From positions 15,624,001 through 15,688,000 of the forward strand of contig CM119384.1 in the NCBI GenBank assembly GCA_051294905.1: a stretch of 64,000 nt of DNA, written 5' to 3'. Shown here piece after piece: positions 1 to 12,839 of the stretch. The notes beneath the pieces are model-generated. The model saw only the letters and a program-made list of their open reading frames with translations. It was not told the origin of the DNA and made no database searches. This DNA comes from Botryllus schlosseri (Eukaryota). The position numbers and the translations under genes were made by a program. Each line of letters opens with the position of its first letter. Position 1 is the stretch's first letter.

Positions 1-2938
1 TCTCAGCAACTCATCCTATGTGGCTTATTTCCCGGATCAATCCACGGCCGGAGTTGCCTCAATCATACATACTTCTGAATTATTCATTCTGTCCTATCAT
101 TTTCCTCGCACATTTTTCAAGACATTCAGCTGCACGCCGAACTTAGTACAACGTACTGACGAACCCAGCTTGTTTATTTTGAGCTGTTTATTGCGCAGAC
201 GTTTGCTTTGGCTATGTTTGTTTGGTTGGTACTAATTGGACTTTCTGTGATGTGTTTTGCGAGTTTATGCTGAGATCCGGTGTCTAATGGGTCAATATTG
301 TAGCGCCGGTAACTCGCTGTAGATGCTTCTGTCTGCCAAAGTTCAGTAATTCAATTTCACAAGGTGAAATTAACGATGACCCACGTTCTCAAAATCGTAA
401 AGAGATCGGTTGCTGGGGGTACCGTTGCTTAATTGGCCTTCAGCATCGAGTTTAACCGTTAAGGATTCTCTGATAACACATAATCTGTAGTATCTCCCAT
501 GAGATTCTATACAGAATTATCGAAATAGGAAGCATTCCGCCATTTCCCGGGATGAAACATCATGTAGGTCACTTGACTATCACGTGCAAACTTATCGGAC
601 AAAGTGCATGTGCCAAACAATCTATGTGCATTGTGCCAATGTGCATTCGCCGTCTCCAGAACTTGGAATGCCGGGGAATTGACTGAATAAGTCGAAGTTT
701 GCGAAACCTGAAAGATGACTACAAATCTAGTGTGATCAAAAGGACGTAAGAGAGCGTGGTGATGCTTTTTCCTGGTATATAATTTAATACTTAACTCTGT
801 ACAAGGGAGCAATGCTAAATACACTTGAACGCCCTGCATTGTTGGCAACATCTTCAGTTCACGACATGAGTTATATAGTACCCTTCGATATGAGGTTTGG
901 GTTAGCTAACACTGTTTTTGTTCTACTGAATAGACTCACAATACAAAATACCCAATGATAAAACGCAAGCAGAGAATCCATTATTCGGAATCGTTTTAAA
1001 ATTTAGTTGAATGGGAAATGGAGTGATTTGCTTAGTTTGCAAACCGTTTCTCTGAATGTTGCTATTTCGAAGAAAACTAGGTTCGAGTGTTGCGATGCAA
1101 CATCCCTTTCGGGTTTCCGCATTTGTCAGCTTATCTTAACCTCGAATGATGCGAGGCCTGCAACGGAAATATGTTAAGCTTGGTCAACGCAACTGAGCTC
1201 ACATGATGAAGGATGCACATTTCACATTATCATACATGGTAACCCCGGACTTGGCACAATCATGACTATTTCATAGCCGAGAAAATATTGGCAGATAGCG
1301 TGTGTTCACTGTTCAGTCACGTCTTGCGTAACATGTCTAATGCAATAGCAGGGCTTCTCAAACCGTGTGTCGCAAAACAGTATCCGTTGCTTGCCCATGG
1401 ATACAATCGGAGGTCACTTGAGTTGTATAGATTCTCTGGAAATCGCTTTTAATTTGAGCTAGTTTTAAACCTTTTTGACCTTGCGGCATCCTATCAACGG
1501 GATAAATAGTTCGCGGCACCCCTGCACTAGATCAACTTTTTGAGGTTTCAGAATTCCCAAGTACGATATAATATGGCGCCGAATAAGCTGTGAAGTAGAA
1601 CGCATGTCAACGATCGTATTTATGTTGACGTGAAATGCTGTAAATGCGCAGCGTGGCAGCAACGAGTCGAGCTCCGCCTCTGCTGAGCTGAATCCACTCA
1701 TTTATAAATAGGCCTGGTATAGGCTATCAAGTATCGATTGATGCGTGGCTGTCGCTATATCTATGCGTGTTGCCAACAACCCAGACGCGTTTATACCCAC
1801 AGCCTGGCCATAATGTCTTTTAATCATTCCTGTTTTACGTTGTAAGGGTCAATTGATGTTGTTTATGGATCAGGAAACGCACTTGACGATTAATAACTTT
1901 AGACAGCCACTTGCCGGATTGAGTAATGGCGAGCGTAATGGCAAATAGGAATTGTTGTCGCAAGCCGGCGACCCGAACTGCAAATATATAGAAACCGGTA
2001 TTATTTGAAAGTAACTGTCGTTTTTATTCCGGAAATGTCAATATCATTCTAGACTGGAGGGCACCGCGCACCGGCACCGTCGAGTGAACAGTGATATGAT
2101 GCGGTTTTAGTCATCTATGTCCGGGTTGATGACCTTTCTTTAGTCATCAGCTTCCCGAACCGTACTCAAAGTGCCAGTGTACCACTAAATATACTACCCC
2201 TTTCAGAGGGTACCACGAGTTTGTGAACCTCTGGTCTATCGTGTTTATGCACTATGCAGTTTATGTTGCGCCGTATTACTGTGACCCCGGACGAATTTTA
2301 CGTCGTAAAACAGATTCGCCAGTAGCCAGTGCCTTTCCAATCACGCGACACAACGTTACCGTGTTTCAAATACATAAAATACGCACCGTTCATGCTAAAC
2401 AAAGTCATTGTCCGTAGTCTTGCAATGCCTCATTATCTCTCAGCACCCCGAGCATTTCAAATGGCACCCGAGTGCCGAGGCACCCCGGGTGAAATCCACC
2501 GAGCTATGCCTTTGCCTTTAGTAGCTCTTTTGGTTCGAATTACTCCATACAAAGACATTGACATTGTCAAAGTAGTCGCAGAATTGATTCGTCCTAACCT
2601 TATGCGTTCGAGTGTATGCCGCTCTTGTAATCAGGGCTGTTGTCGACGTGAATCATAATTAAGGATAGCCTGACCCCTGCAAATTTGGTAACCTGATGAC
2701 TAAAAAAGGTCATCACGTTTGGCCAGTCTTAATCACGGTCTTGTTGCCGTCGGGCCTAGTTCATGGCTAAAAAGTTGAAGTGCATTTACTAGTGTTCGTA
2801 TCATCCTTGTGGAATGTGACTTGTGGTGAGCACTGACAATAAGACAAAATGAGGGCAGTGTAGTTTATAAGGTATTGCCCTTCAAAATAAGGAGTTATCT
2901 CATGAATAGGGACTGTATGGCAGATTTTTTATTCTTAG

Positions 2939-3233
2939 GGAACCAGCCGGTACACTACCGTACGACCTTACTCTACCGACCGCGCACAGTCTCGCTATCG
3001 GAATAACCAGATACATCATCGGCGTGCTGGTACTTCTGGTGATCCGATCCACCATGAAGCATCTGAGCCTTCTCGTGCTGTGCCACGCCGCAAGCGTGCC
3101 AAAGGACGACGAGCTGTCAAGGCGGCGCACCGAAATCGAAGTACCGTACAAGTTATTCACGTACGCGTGCGTGGGCTTCGGCGCTAATTTTGCGGTACCG
3201 GTACTGCTGCAGTATTTGGGCGTCGTGGTGTGA
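2939..3233 (+). CDS. SGPP: Terminal coding exon of a sphingosine-1-phosphate phosphatase (SGPP1/2-like, PAP2 superfamily); upstream exons not identified
   Basis: Acceptor ttttttattcttag at 2938, then a phase-2 frame reading EPAGTLPYDLTLPTAHSLAIGITRYIIGVLVLLVIRSTMKHLSLLVLCHAASVPKDDELSRRRTEIEVPYKLFTYACVGFGANFAVPVLLQYLGVVV*. The EIEVPYKLFTYACVGF tail and two hydrophobic segments match the SGPP C-terminus as I recall it (EVELPYRYITYGMVGF). Confidence 0.8.
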
Positions 3234-4867
3234 ATGTGAAATCCGAAATTGTTGCTGTTGTTTTTTTACGTAATATCGTGTGAAACAGTATTTCGCAGCT
3301 TTGGAAACTTCACGACTCAGCATCCTCGTCGTCTTTACACCGGCAATTGATAAATAGCTGTCGCTGTTAAATGAAAGTTCGCCTTATGTAAAATCACCCG
3401 AGTTATCAATAATGCATGTTTCATCACGCTCAGCGTAATCACAATCGATCGAATATCGCGCTTCTTAATTTCTTGTTACTGTAAACCGTTTGTATGCAAA
3501 TCGTCTACTAATTATCTAATGAACTTTTAATTCTTTAATCAAGTGTGAATTCAGCATGAAGCCATTTTCTGATAACGTATTGCTACTTGTCTTTGCTCGG
3601 TAATAATCCGAGAGTGACGCGGCGCTGTTCAGCCGTGGCGCATCACATTTAATTTCTAGTACGCCGATTGTTAGGGAAACGAGTATGTGTTTATTCCTAA
3701 TCAAGCTGAAATGACATGTTTTTTAACCCACACGGATACTATTAGTTATCCGTAGAGCTTCTTAGAGGTACAGAACTTGAATATACAATTGATTAGTATA
3801 TCCATGTTGTAATTAACCCGAATATTTTGACTGACACTCGTCAGGGGTAATCGCCAGTAACTAGTAGAGAATCGGAAAAACATTGTATATCGACAATCGT
3901 ACCACAAAATATGACGTCACCACTCTCCAGCATTTGGTTATCCATATTTCACTCCTTTGTCATGGAATCAAAAGACCTGCGCCAATTCCGAAATTATACA
4001 GATAGGGTACAATTTATTTTAGTTTTTGTTTACGTCATCAAATTCGCAGTTTCATGTAGTAGCGTCTGCTGCTTACATACCCTTCGTTTTGCCTCTACCA
4101 GCAATTTTATCATGTTTGTTAAGTCGCCTCCTATTCGATTATTCTCCCGAACATTGTGACATCATTCCGACTCATTTTTTCCTTTCATTTTTTCCCTCGT
4201 CGGCCTTCGTTTCCGCGACCATAATTAGTAAGCAATCTGACTTGATCTAGTATTGGAAAACTACCTTTGTATCTCCGTACAGTTACAGTCAGAGTGTTGT
4301 CGATTTATAGATGCATCTCGTGAGAATCTTATTTTTTTAATGAATGAAATATGCCCTATTATCTTCATTATGCAAATGCGGTCAACAGTCAGTTGCACTT
4401 TATTCCGTCCGGTGTGCTTATGAGATGTGGTATTCGATGGAGCACCGCGCGGCGTTGCAATACTTTGAAAAAGATGTCATATTTCAAGTATAAACCCGTC
4501 CTGGCAATGATGAATAACGAGGGCCGTGGCTCCGATAATCTAGTCAAATCACACGGGTGTTGGTCACGTAATGCAACGTGCCTTTGGTTGGTTATGGATT
4601 CATTTACCCTATTGTTGCAAGTCTATTTTCAGCATCGTGACGAATATCATTTTAATGAACTATTGAATAATGTATGTTGCTTTTGTTAATAATTCGCGAT
4701 TTGTGATGTGCACTAATACAGTACGCGTACGTATTATGTCTCCCTTCTGTGAATATAAGGTTTCAGAGATATTGTGTATCTGTGAGTTTTCACTAGCGTA
4801 AGGCGGATACGCTACGCTCGGATCGCGAACCGCAAGTATCATAATGTGTCGCCACTTAACTCTTTCG

Positions 4868-4936
4868 ACGCCGCGTATCCCCATATGTTCGCTAGAGATT
4901 GTCTTCAAAACGCCGCGTATCCCCATATGTTCGCTA
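4868..4936. repeat. 27-bp direct repeat, two copies
   Basis: acgccgcgtatccccatatgttcgcta at 4868 and 4910. Confidence 0.85.
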
Positions 4937-6622
4937 AATCGAGAGAGCGTATTTTTGTCTCGAAAATCTGACATGCCGTTTTGCGTCCATGGCAGTCGGG
5001 GCATTGTGCGGTAATGAATTCAAAATTCAAGACTTGCTACTAAGAAACAATTTTGCTGGATTACCTGTACGGAATAGTAACTTTATTTCATATATATTTC
5101 CACGACGGTAATGATTTTCAACAGATGCCAATACCTAAAGACATTTTACATCATTATCACCAATCCTTAGCGACACATCGCGCGTTAAGTTAATATACGG
5201 ATCTACTGAAGCCACAAAGTCAGTACATGTACTGCGGCAACACAGACTTCACACCAATATATACGTATTTATTCAAGTTTTTCAAACGTAAAATTGCATC
5301 GGGAGATGACGAGGACTCAACGGAGACAAATAATGATGTTTTTGTGCGGATCGTTGCTTGTAATCGTACACAAATGGGCTCCGTCGGTATGTTACTGCGC
5401 CTGAAAAACAAATTTGAGTACCGGTACTAGCAGAAGTCAAATTTCCGAGCCATTATTGCGGATTTGACGTCACAAAGACAACCTTGAAGCATCGACGGCC
5501 GAAGATCATGTCGGCAGCAGTATTTCACGACGGTTCTGAACCTCCGCATTGCCATTGAAAAGGAATTAACGATTTAAGGATAATATATTATCAATATATA
5601 ATATAATAAGAATATTCTGTGAAATTTACAACGTCACAGCTAATCTATAAGTACCATAGAAACACCAACAAAATCCATACCTTGGCAGCAGCGCGCCTGA
5701 AATCAGCCAAACTTCAGTTCGTACCGAAGCCTGTCCTAGCAACACGACAGGATCAATCAAGGCACGTTACGCATCATTAGATAGATATCGTTCGCGGCTA
5801 CAATACGGACGTAGGTACGTCTCGGTAGCTAAGGTAGCGACGAAGTTACGATCGGTTGAAATTGGGGTTATTTGGTGAAAATCGCGGCGTTTTGAAGACA
5901 ATCGTCAAATTTAGCTCGGCGTCGAAAGAGTTAATGTTTCTGAGTTGTCATAATAAGCCATAAAATACTTTCCATACGTTCCAAAAGCAGAAATAGATAG
6001 CGCAGATCCGACTTGATGTTAGGAGATCCGAACTCGCATAGTTATGTCGGTCGGATGATTCGCTCATCTCGAAATGACTTAGCGCAGCTCAGAGCTTCGA
6101 GCAATGGTTAAATGAGTTCAAATCACAGAGTTGTCGAGTCAGATTCACTTCACCGCTGTTTCCAAGGCCGGGGGAATGGGTATAGGGTTGCGACAAGAAA
6201 AGCATCCTGCACGGTAAAAGCCAAAGATATATAAGATATTATACCTTGTCTTATAAATATAGTAATAAAATGATAGAACATGTTAAAAAGATGATACACA
6301 TTTCACACTCAGTACGAAATAGCCCACAGAATTATCACGAAACGATCAAGCACTGAAGAAGCATGTGAATAAGCTAAGTCCAGATTCATGCTAAGCATCA
6401 AAGTAAACAAACACAAAGTCACTTTCATGCACTAGAAATTTTGAATCCTGTACTGATCCAGATCGGACACTTGGGTAAAATGTGAAGCCGGATCCAATCC
6501 AGCTTCAAAAACATGCAGGATTCCTGTCCGGTTAGAATCCAAAATCCTGACCCTGTATACATCGCTAGTAGTTATGCAGTAGAAACTGCTTTTATTTAGA
6601 CTTCTAGGTGGTCACTGGCCAC

Positions 6623-7649
6623 CAGGGTTGTAACCAAGTCACAATGCTCCGAGTCCATCTCACTTTTATAGTTTTGACTCGAGTCAAGTCGAGTAATTTT
6701 CAATTCACCACCGAGTCCAACTTAGCGAGCAGAGGGTCGAGTCCGAGTCTAAGTCATTGTGTTGACTGCTCAGTTTCCAATTAAAGTCTTGTTAATCCCA
6801 CTTCTTATAAATCTTTTTGGTGATATCGAATGGTTCGCAATTACAATATAGTAATTTTCCTCACTTTTCTGATCGCATTTTCAAGTACCACTACCAATAT
6901 ACGAAATCCCAATAGTGTGGTTACTTTACTATTCTTCGAAATTACAATGAAATGTCGGTCTTGGCCGTCTGAGTCTTAGGGCTGGGCACAATGATTCGAG
7001 TACTCGAATCTGAATCGAGTATTAATTTTAATGATTCGAGTCGAGTAGTAAAATACTATTTTTTCGAGTACTGAAATTATACTCTCCTCGCCACTGAACG
7101 CTAATTTATCAACGAGAATTGTAGTTTCGATACTAATTTTCACTGTTGAAGCCTTGGAGCCTTGATTGGCCGTATCGTAGCATACCAAACATATAGTACA
7201 AAGCTACGAACGTTACTAGAAATAACACATTTCCGAAGTCATGATTATCCCACAACATTGTCACCAAGTGCAATGAAATCGGCATGGTCGAAAAAATACC
7301 AAAGTATCTTTAATGTGATGGATCACAGGAATTATAGTCTTTGTGGTCGCATAAAAGGTACATATTTGAAACTCGACATATTACATTATGTTGTGACGTC
7401 ATAATGGGTGATACTCAATTACTCGACTCGACTCGAAGCATTTCACGTGATTCAGAATCGAATCACTCAGGTATTCGATTTTGCCCAGCCCTAGTCTTGA
7501 GTCATATGACTTGGTTCGAGTCATGAGCAATGACTCGAGTCCAAGTCGAGTCAATACACAGACTGACTCGAGTCGAGTCGAGTCATTTCCGTATTTTGAG
7601 AAAATGACTCGAGTCAAGTCGAGTCATGACTCGAGTCATTACAACCCTG
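6623..7649. mobile_element. Non-autonomous hAT-type element, family A (TIR CAGGGTTGTAA), carrying a nested insertion
   Basis: Perfect 8-bp TSD CTGGCCAC (6615-6622, 7650-7657); GACTCGAGTC-rich subterminal arrays. Confidence 0.9.
6977..7493. mobile_element. Non-autonomous hAT-like element (TIR TAGGGCTGGGCA) nested in the family A copy
   Basis: tagggctgggca...tgcccagcccta; only a partial duplication (gtct) flanks it. A left-end fragment recurs near 44335. Confidence 0.75.
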
Positions 7650-8512
7650 CTGGCCACACTCGAGGACGCTCTGATATCCTTCGGAATACGGTTCCACATG
7701 GATAAATAAGTCGTAAAAGTGATGACCGAATCACAACATAATGTAACGAAATCAGTACTCGTTCTCCTACTGACAATATCAGGAGAATTCCCATATACGT
7801 GTTATTTGGTATTGGCAGTGAAATTCCAGAGATGTTTGTTATTTGGTAGCTTGATTTTTCTCCAAAACTAGTTCTGCCCGGCCCTATAATACGGTGTTTA
7901 TAACCATAACGGCAAAATCTTATTGATAAATAAATTTTTCTAAATAGTGATAATTCACCACAATCGAAGTAGCGGTAAATAAGTAAATACATAAGTTGGT
8001 TTTACCCTGTTGTGGTATGGATCGTAGCCTGTACTACGTATTTACATTGTTACGTTATCCAGCGCCATTGTAATTTCGGCATCGAAAATGCTTTTGGGAT
8101 TGATTTCCGGAGTCTCGCATACTTAGCTCATATCCGGCTCCAGTATAAGTTCATCGTACATCTCATTCGATTCGTTTCCATAAACCTGAAGTGTTCGTTC
8201 TGTTTTATTCCGTGTACGCAGTCCATTGTACTGTCTGGTCCAGCACGGGAAGACCAAAAGATGATTCGTTAACGATGTTATCTTGATACAGGCGTGGGAA
8301 ATACAGTACGTTGGTCAAATATCTCCATAATCACTAGATAGTTTCCACAATAGATATGTTCGGTTCATTCACGGGGTCATTTCCACATCCTGGTAACTGT
8401 CGTCTTTTTATTCACATCGTGGTAGATCTGTAGAGTAAATAGTATGACCGACGTGACCGTGCTCGTCTCATGATTGTGATTAGTAATCCTTCAGCTATGC
8501 ACTCTGGCTACG

Positions 8513-9640
8513 CTACCAATTGAATGTACGATTTATTATATCATATAATCGCAGATTATGGCGGGCATAAAACCTACGCAAGATAGACCGTGTTTTATCG
8601 TGCATTGTTCGAACACCGTTTCTCGTTCGCCCCTTGTTGACATTCAGGCAAAATAATTTACTGCCGTCCTCGAGCGTGACCTCGACTTCGCCACGTTTTT
8701 TGGCTTTTTTGTGGTACACATCGTCCCACCATTTATTCAAACAGTAAAACCCACTTTTCGGGTGCTTCACGAAATCGTCTCTAGTTATCAGCTCCGGCAG
8801 ATGCAAAAATTTCTGCTCGGACTCTAACAATTTTCCGGGGTTTGTAATCCATTCGTCGCCATTTAAAATGAGGAGTTGTGAATTGAAGTTGACTTGCCAC
8901 TCGAGAACGTGCGGATGATATATTCCATTGGAAAAGAGGCAATATTCTGGCTTGTCTTTACAGGCTTTTTTCGCTACATCAACTATGATATGCAGACTGT
9001 CATTACCAATGCCCACATCATCGAAATAACTCATGAACTGTACAGTTTTTTCGTGGAACACATCAGCCATCCTTTTCCGCGTGCTCAGGAGGCGGGCATG
9101 AGTGTGGCCAAAATCCGAAAAGGCTCTATCGGTAGGATCACACAAAGAAAGAATCAGTTTAGCTTTAGGAAGACTGATTTTAATTCTCCGACGAGCCTCC
9201 GGCGACGTAAAATATACCGGGGATTTCTCAGTAATCAACTGATCCTGATATGCATTTGGCATCATCGCCTTGTAATAATTAAGGCCCTTTTTGTAACGGT
9301 TAGATGTGAAAAACATGGTTTCCACGACCGTTGGTATTTCTATTAGTGGATGTTGAGCAAGGAACCGAATCGAAGCCCCTGTGCCACATTTTTTCACGCC
9401 GATCCCTATCACATCAGGCAGTCGTCTTGCTCGTCCCGCGTGAAGACTTTGATTTACAATCGAAATCCATTGTCGCCGTCTCTCATTCTCAGCTGATAGA
9501 TTTGAGTAACGAATTTGATTATTTGAGAAATTTACCTTCTTCACTGTTACAGGAATATGTCCAAGATACCACAAAAGGAATAAAAATATCAAACAAAAAC
9601 ACGCTGCCCCCTTAGTTATTGTCGGAGTGAGATAACCCAT
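8513..9640 (-). CDS. HS3ST: Heparan sulfate glucosamine 3-O-sulfotransferase-like protein, single coding exon, 375 aa, type II membrane protein
   Basis: ATG at 9640; N-terminal anchor CFCLIFLFLLWYL; RRLPDVIGIGVKKCGT (5'-PSB loop), ETMFF, ITEKSPVYF, KLILSLCDPTDRAFSDF (3'-PB), LILNGDEWITNP, GFYCL...FCLNVNKGRT, LRRFYARHNLRLY. The motif order is that of the HS3ST family. Confidence 0.9.
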   Translation of the reverse strand: MGYLTPTITKGAACFCLIFLFLLWYLGHIPVTVKKVNFSNNQIRYSNLSAENERRRQWISIVNQSLHAGRARRLPDVIGIGVKKCGTGASIRFLAQHPLIEIPTVVETMFFTSNRYKKGLNYYKAMMPNAYQDQLITEKSPVYFTSPEARRRIKISLPKAKLILSLCDPTDRAFSDFGHTHARLLSTRKRMADVFHEKTVQFMSYFDDVGIGNDSLHIIVDVAKKACKDKPEYCLFSNGIYHPHVLEWQVNFNSQLLILNGDEWITNPGKLLESEQKFLHLPELITRDDFVKHPKSGFYCLNKWWDDVYHKKAKKRGEVEVTLEDGSKLFCLNVNKGRTRNGVRTMHDKTRSILRRFYARHNLRLYDIINRTFNW

Positions 9641-10709
9641 AGTTCTTGCGGCTTAGCTCATTCATCCAGCACGGCCACGAACCCGAGACTTGAGAAACCG
9701 GTCGACTCGGTCATTATCAGGAGCATGTTTTCTTGTTGGTTCAAAGACTACTCTATTTTATCAGTTTCATAATCGAATGTTCGATAGTTTTATGAAATCT
9801 GAAGTTGCGAAACAGTGAGAACATATTTGTCAGTATTGCAAGTTGCAACTATCTTATGATATCCTGACTCGCACGTATGGCAGGAATACTCATTTATCTC
9901 CCTTGCTGATCTCTCTACCGTTCTTTGATACATTGCTATATTATGACTTTGGTCTTCATCCTTAATATCTAGACTGTGTATATATCGGATGTTCTGTGAG
10001 ATTTCTTGGTCTCATATCTAGTGTCACTGGAATTTTCGACGTAGACCAGGAATAATGTCATTTAGCGCAGCAGCGTGCTGTACATTGAGCGATATAAAAC
10101 AGTACTGTCAACCACTGAGCTTTACCCTAGGGCATTGCGTTGACACCACTAATTGATTTCGCATATCATGGAAAAACGATATACCAAATAGCGGCGATAA
10201 CGCGAAATCGATATATATCCAATCAATTATATCCGATATAAAATTTATCCAAGTCGTATTGACACCTTCGTATTCGTATGTCTTCACTTCATATTAACCC
10301 AATATCGTAGTAGAATCGATCAAAATGACAATAAAACGAACCAGAACCGTCCAGAAAGGTATTTTCTACCGGGAGCCCAGGGTCTCATTGGGCCACTACT
10401 TACTATTTGTTTAGTTGAGCGTGAAGATATATTGGATTTGAATACGGGCAGAGAATTTGAACTGCCGAAACCCGGACATCACAGTCACGGGTATGCCAAA
10501 TTAAGTTTGAAGCTCAATCCGAGAGACAAGTTCTTAACGAAAATATGAAGTATATTGTATATTGTACATTGTACAGTACGCATTGTACTAAGTACATTTG
10601 TACAACAATGAACCCAACCACACAGAAATCCTTCAGTTGGCTACCAATCCAATCGATGCTATTCCAGATCGTTCGTTTTGAAATAATTATTATCGGTTCA
10701 AATCAGCTC

Positions 10710-11068
10710 GGAACAGTATCCCGCCGGCCATCCGACAGTCGACGAGCATGTCCACATTCAAGTCGAAATACAAGCAATTACTACTAAATAAATACAGTCC
10801 ATCCTCAAGATTACCGGACCACGACTGACCTATCGATCTCGCTTCCCATGACATGCCGCCCTATTTCTTGTCGCTTTCTTTTTCTATACTGTATTCTTTA
10901 CTTTCATTCAGTGTGCATGCCTCCTCTTTACTACGCCTAGGCCAAGGTGGGTGTCCGATTCCATTGACAAATCCAAGTCGCTTCGACATCTTCCTGTCTA
11001 TTCAGTGTATCGCATTTTTTGTGGTGTATTGAAGTGATAAAATTGCTAATAAACCAATGATGATGATG
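10710..11068 (+). mobile_element. 5'-truncated LINE 3' end (CR1/L2 group)
   Basis: Encodes NSIPPAIRQSTSMSTFKSKYKQLLLNKY; the 3' UTR ends aataaacca(atg)n; homologous to 54085-54683. Confidence 0.75.
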
Positions 11069-12434
11069 GTAACTTTAAGAACTACACAAAACAACTAAAT
11101 AAGGTTGTTGAAAAGATGATATGCTAAAGAGCTAGGCACGTAGGCAGTCTCGAAGCACGAACGTTTAAATTCCACTCTGTTGCATTGAAATCGTAAAACT
11201 TACGCATTTCACTATTGAATATCTAAGACATATTATGTATATTTACTCAGTTATCTAAGCTTTATCTCACAAGTTTCCGCCGAATTCTGTTCGGCTCGAT
11301 GGCACGCCTTCGCGTCTAGCTGTACCTGTACACATCCTTTCTACTTTTAACTACACGGCCATACCCTATATACCGACAGCCTGTGACTGTAAAAACAATA
11401 TGCCTGTAATAATATTCACCGATCATACGCAGGATGCGCTATAACGTCGTGACTGTGGTGTGGATACGAAATGTAGGCTACAGGACTGCTTTCACAATAT
11501 CCCTGAATATTATTTGTGCCTGTCTGTTAGATACCATGAATATGACTATTAAATTTCGGAACGACTCCATGTATTCTATTTCCTAAGCATCTTTATTGGT
11601 AAGTTGTTATCGCATTCCAGTGCTTGGGCAATGTGCATCGTACACAATGTGTTGATGACTCAACGATCGCGGCTGCTGGCAGCCAATTGTCTTGTATCAC
11701 CTTTTGCGCTACCAAACTATCCTTACCGTTACTGCATACGCATTTCATTCAAAATATTATCTATTTCCTTCTAGTATCCCCGTCGTGGAAATGCATGACG
11801 GGCCTAATATTTTCAAGTCTAAATTATGTTCCGGATATCCGCAGCTTCTAGCAAAAGACAGGCATACGCTGGGAATTCAAGATCATTTGTTCAAATACAA
11901 ATCATTTCTGCATATTCAGATTCAAGTGTATCAATAATCGCACAATCAAATTAACCAATTGTAAATTAACCTGAAACATTTTTATTGTTTCAAAACAACA
12001 CATTATTGCACGATTACATGAAATGTAGGTTTACTACACAAATTTGACCAAAATCTTCTAATGGATTAGCCTACTTCTTATTTGAAATCATTTTATCCAT
12101 CTGATTCAATACTATCCACCGTTCAGCTACTAACATGATGTAGAGGACTATGAATCTAGTAGATATTATCTCATCACCTGGCAAGGGTCCACCTGCAATA
12201 CTATTACGTCAAATCATAGACAAAACCAGCTTCTGAACATTTGAGAAGGGTCTAGATTTATTCAGCGATTAAGATACGTAGACAGGATAAATGACGTTAC
12301 AATAGTCTTACCGAAATTCAACACTCATTCTGATTAGGGAGCATCCTCGTTACGACATGTTAGTAAGTTTAAACATGTGCGGAATCCTCTACTGACTAGG
12401 CTATGGCATAAACGATGGGATGACTGCTATATCA

Positions 12435-12839
12435 TAGGGTTACCATACGTCCTCTTTTAAGAGGATTTGTCCTCTTTTTTGACTTTTTTGAAAGTGTCCT
12501 CGGAGATTTTTTCCTCTTTTTTGAAAATTTAGGTCACATTTAGAGCAAAATGCGAGTGATATGCCGTAAATTAGCACAGAAGTGACACTCCGGCGGGTAT
12601 TTCGGAGTGAAAAACGGTGATTTAAGCTCTGAGCGAAAAGTTGACCTTTTTTTTTAGTCAACCACCTAGCAATGTGAAGAGGAAAACGGTATTTTGAGCT
12701 CTGAGCGGAAAGTTGACCTTTCAACCGATCACAAAGTGAGAAAAATTCACCGGTTTTTGAGAATTCTTCTCCGGTTTTGCAAGTCTCACATTTTTGAAAA
12801 AGTGTCCTCTTTTTAGATTTCCAAAATATGGTAAGCCTA
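12435..12839. mobile_element. Non-autonomous hAT element (TIR TAGGGTTACCATA)
   Basis: Perfect TSD CTATATCA on both sides; internal short repeats gagcgaaaagttgacc. Confidence 0.9.

Noticed and set aside
5227-5430. Acidic ORF (IASGDDEDSTETNN...) with a gtatgt donor
   Set aside because: Isolated, with a weak acceptor and no partner exons or recognisable motif.
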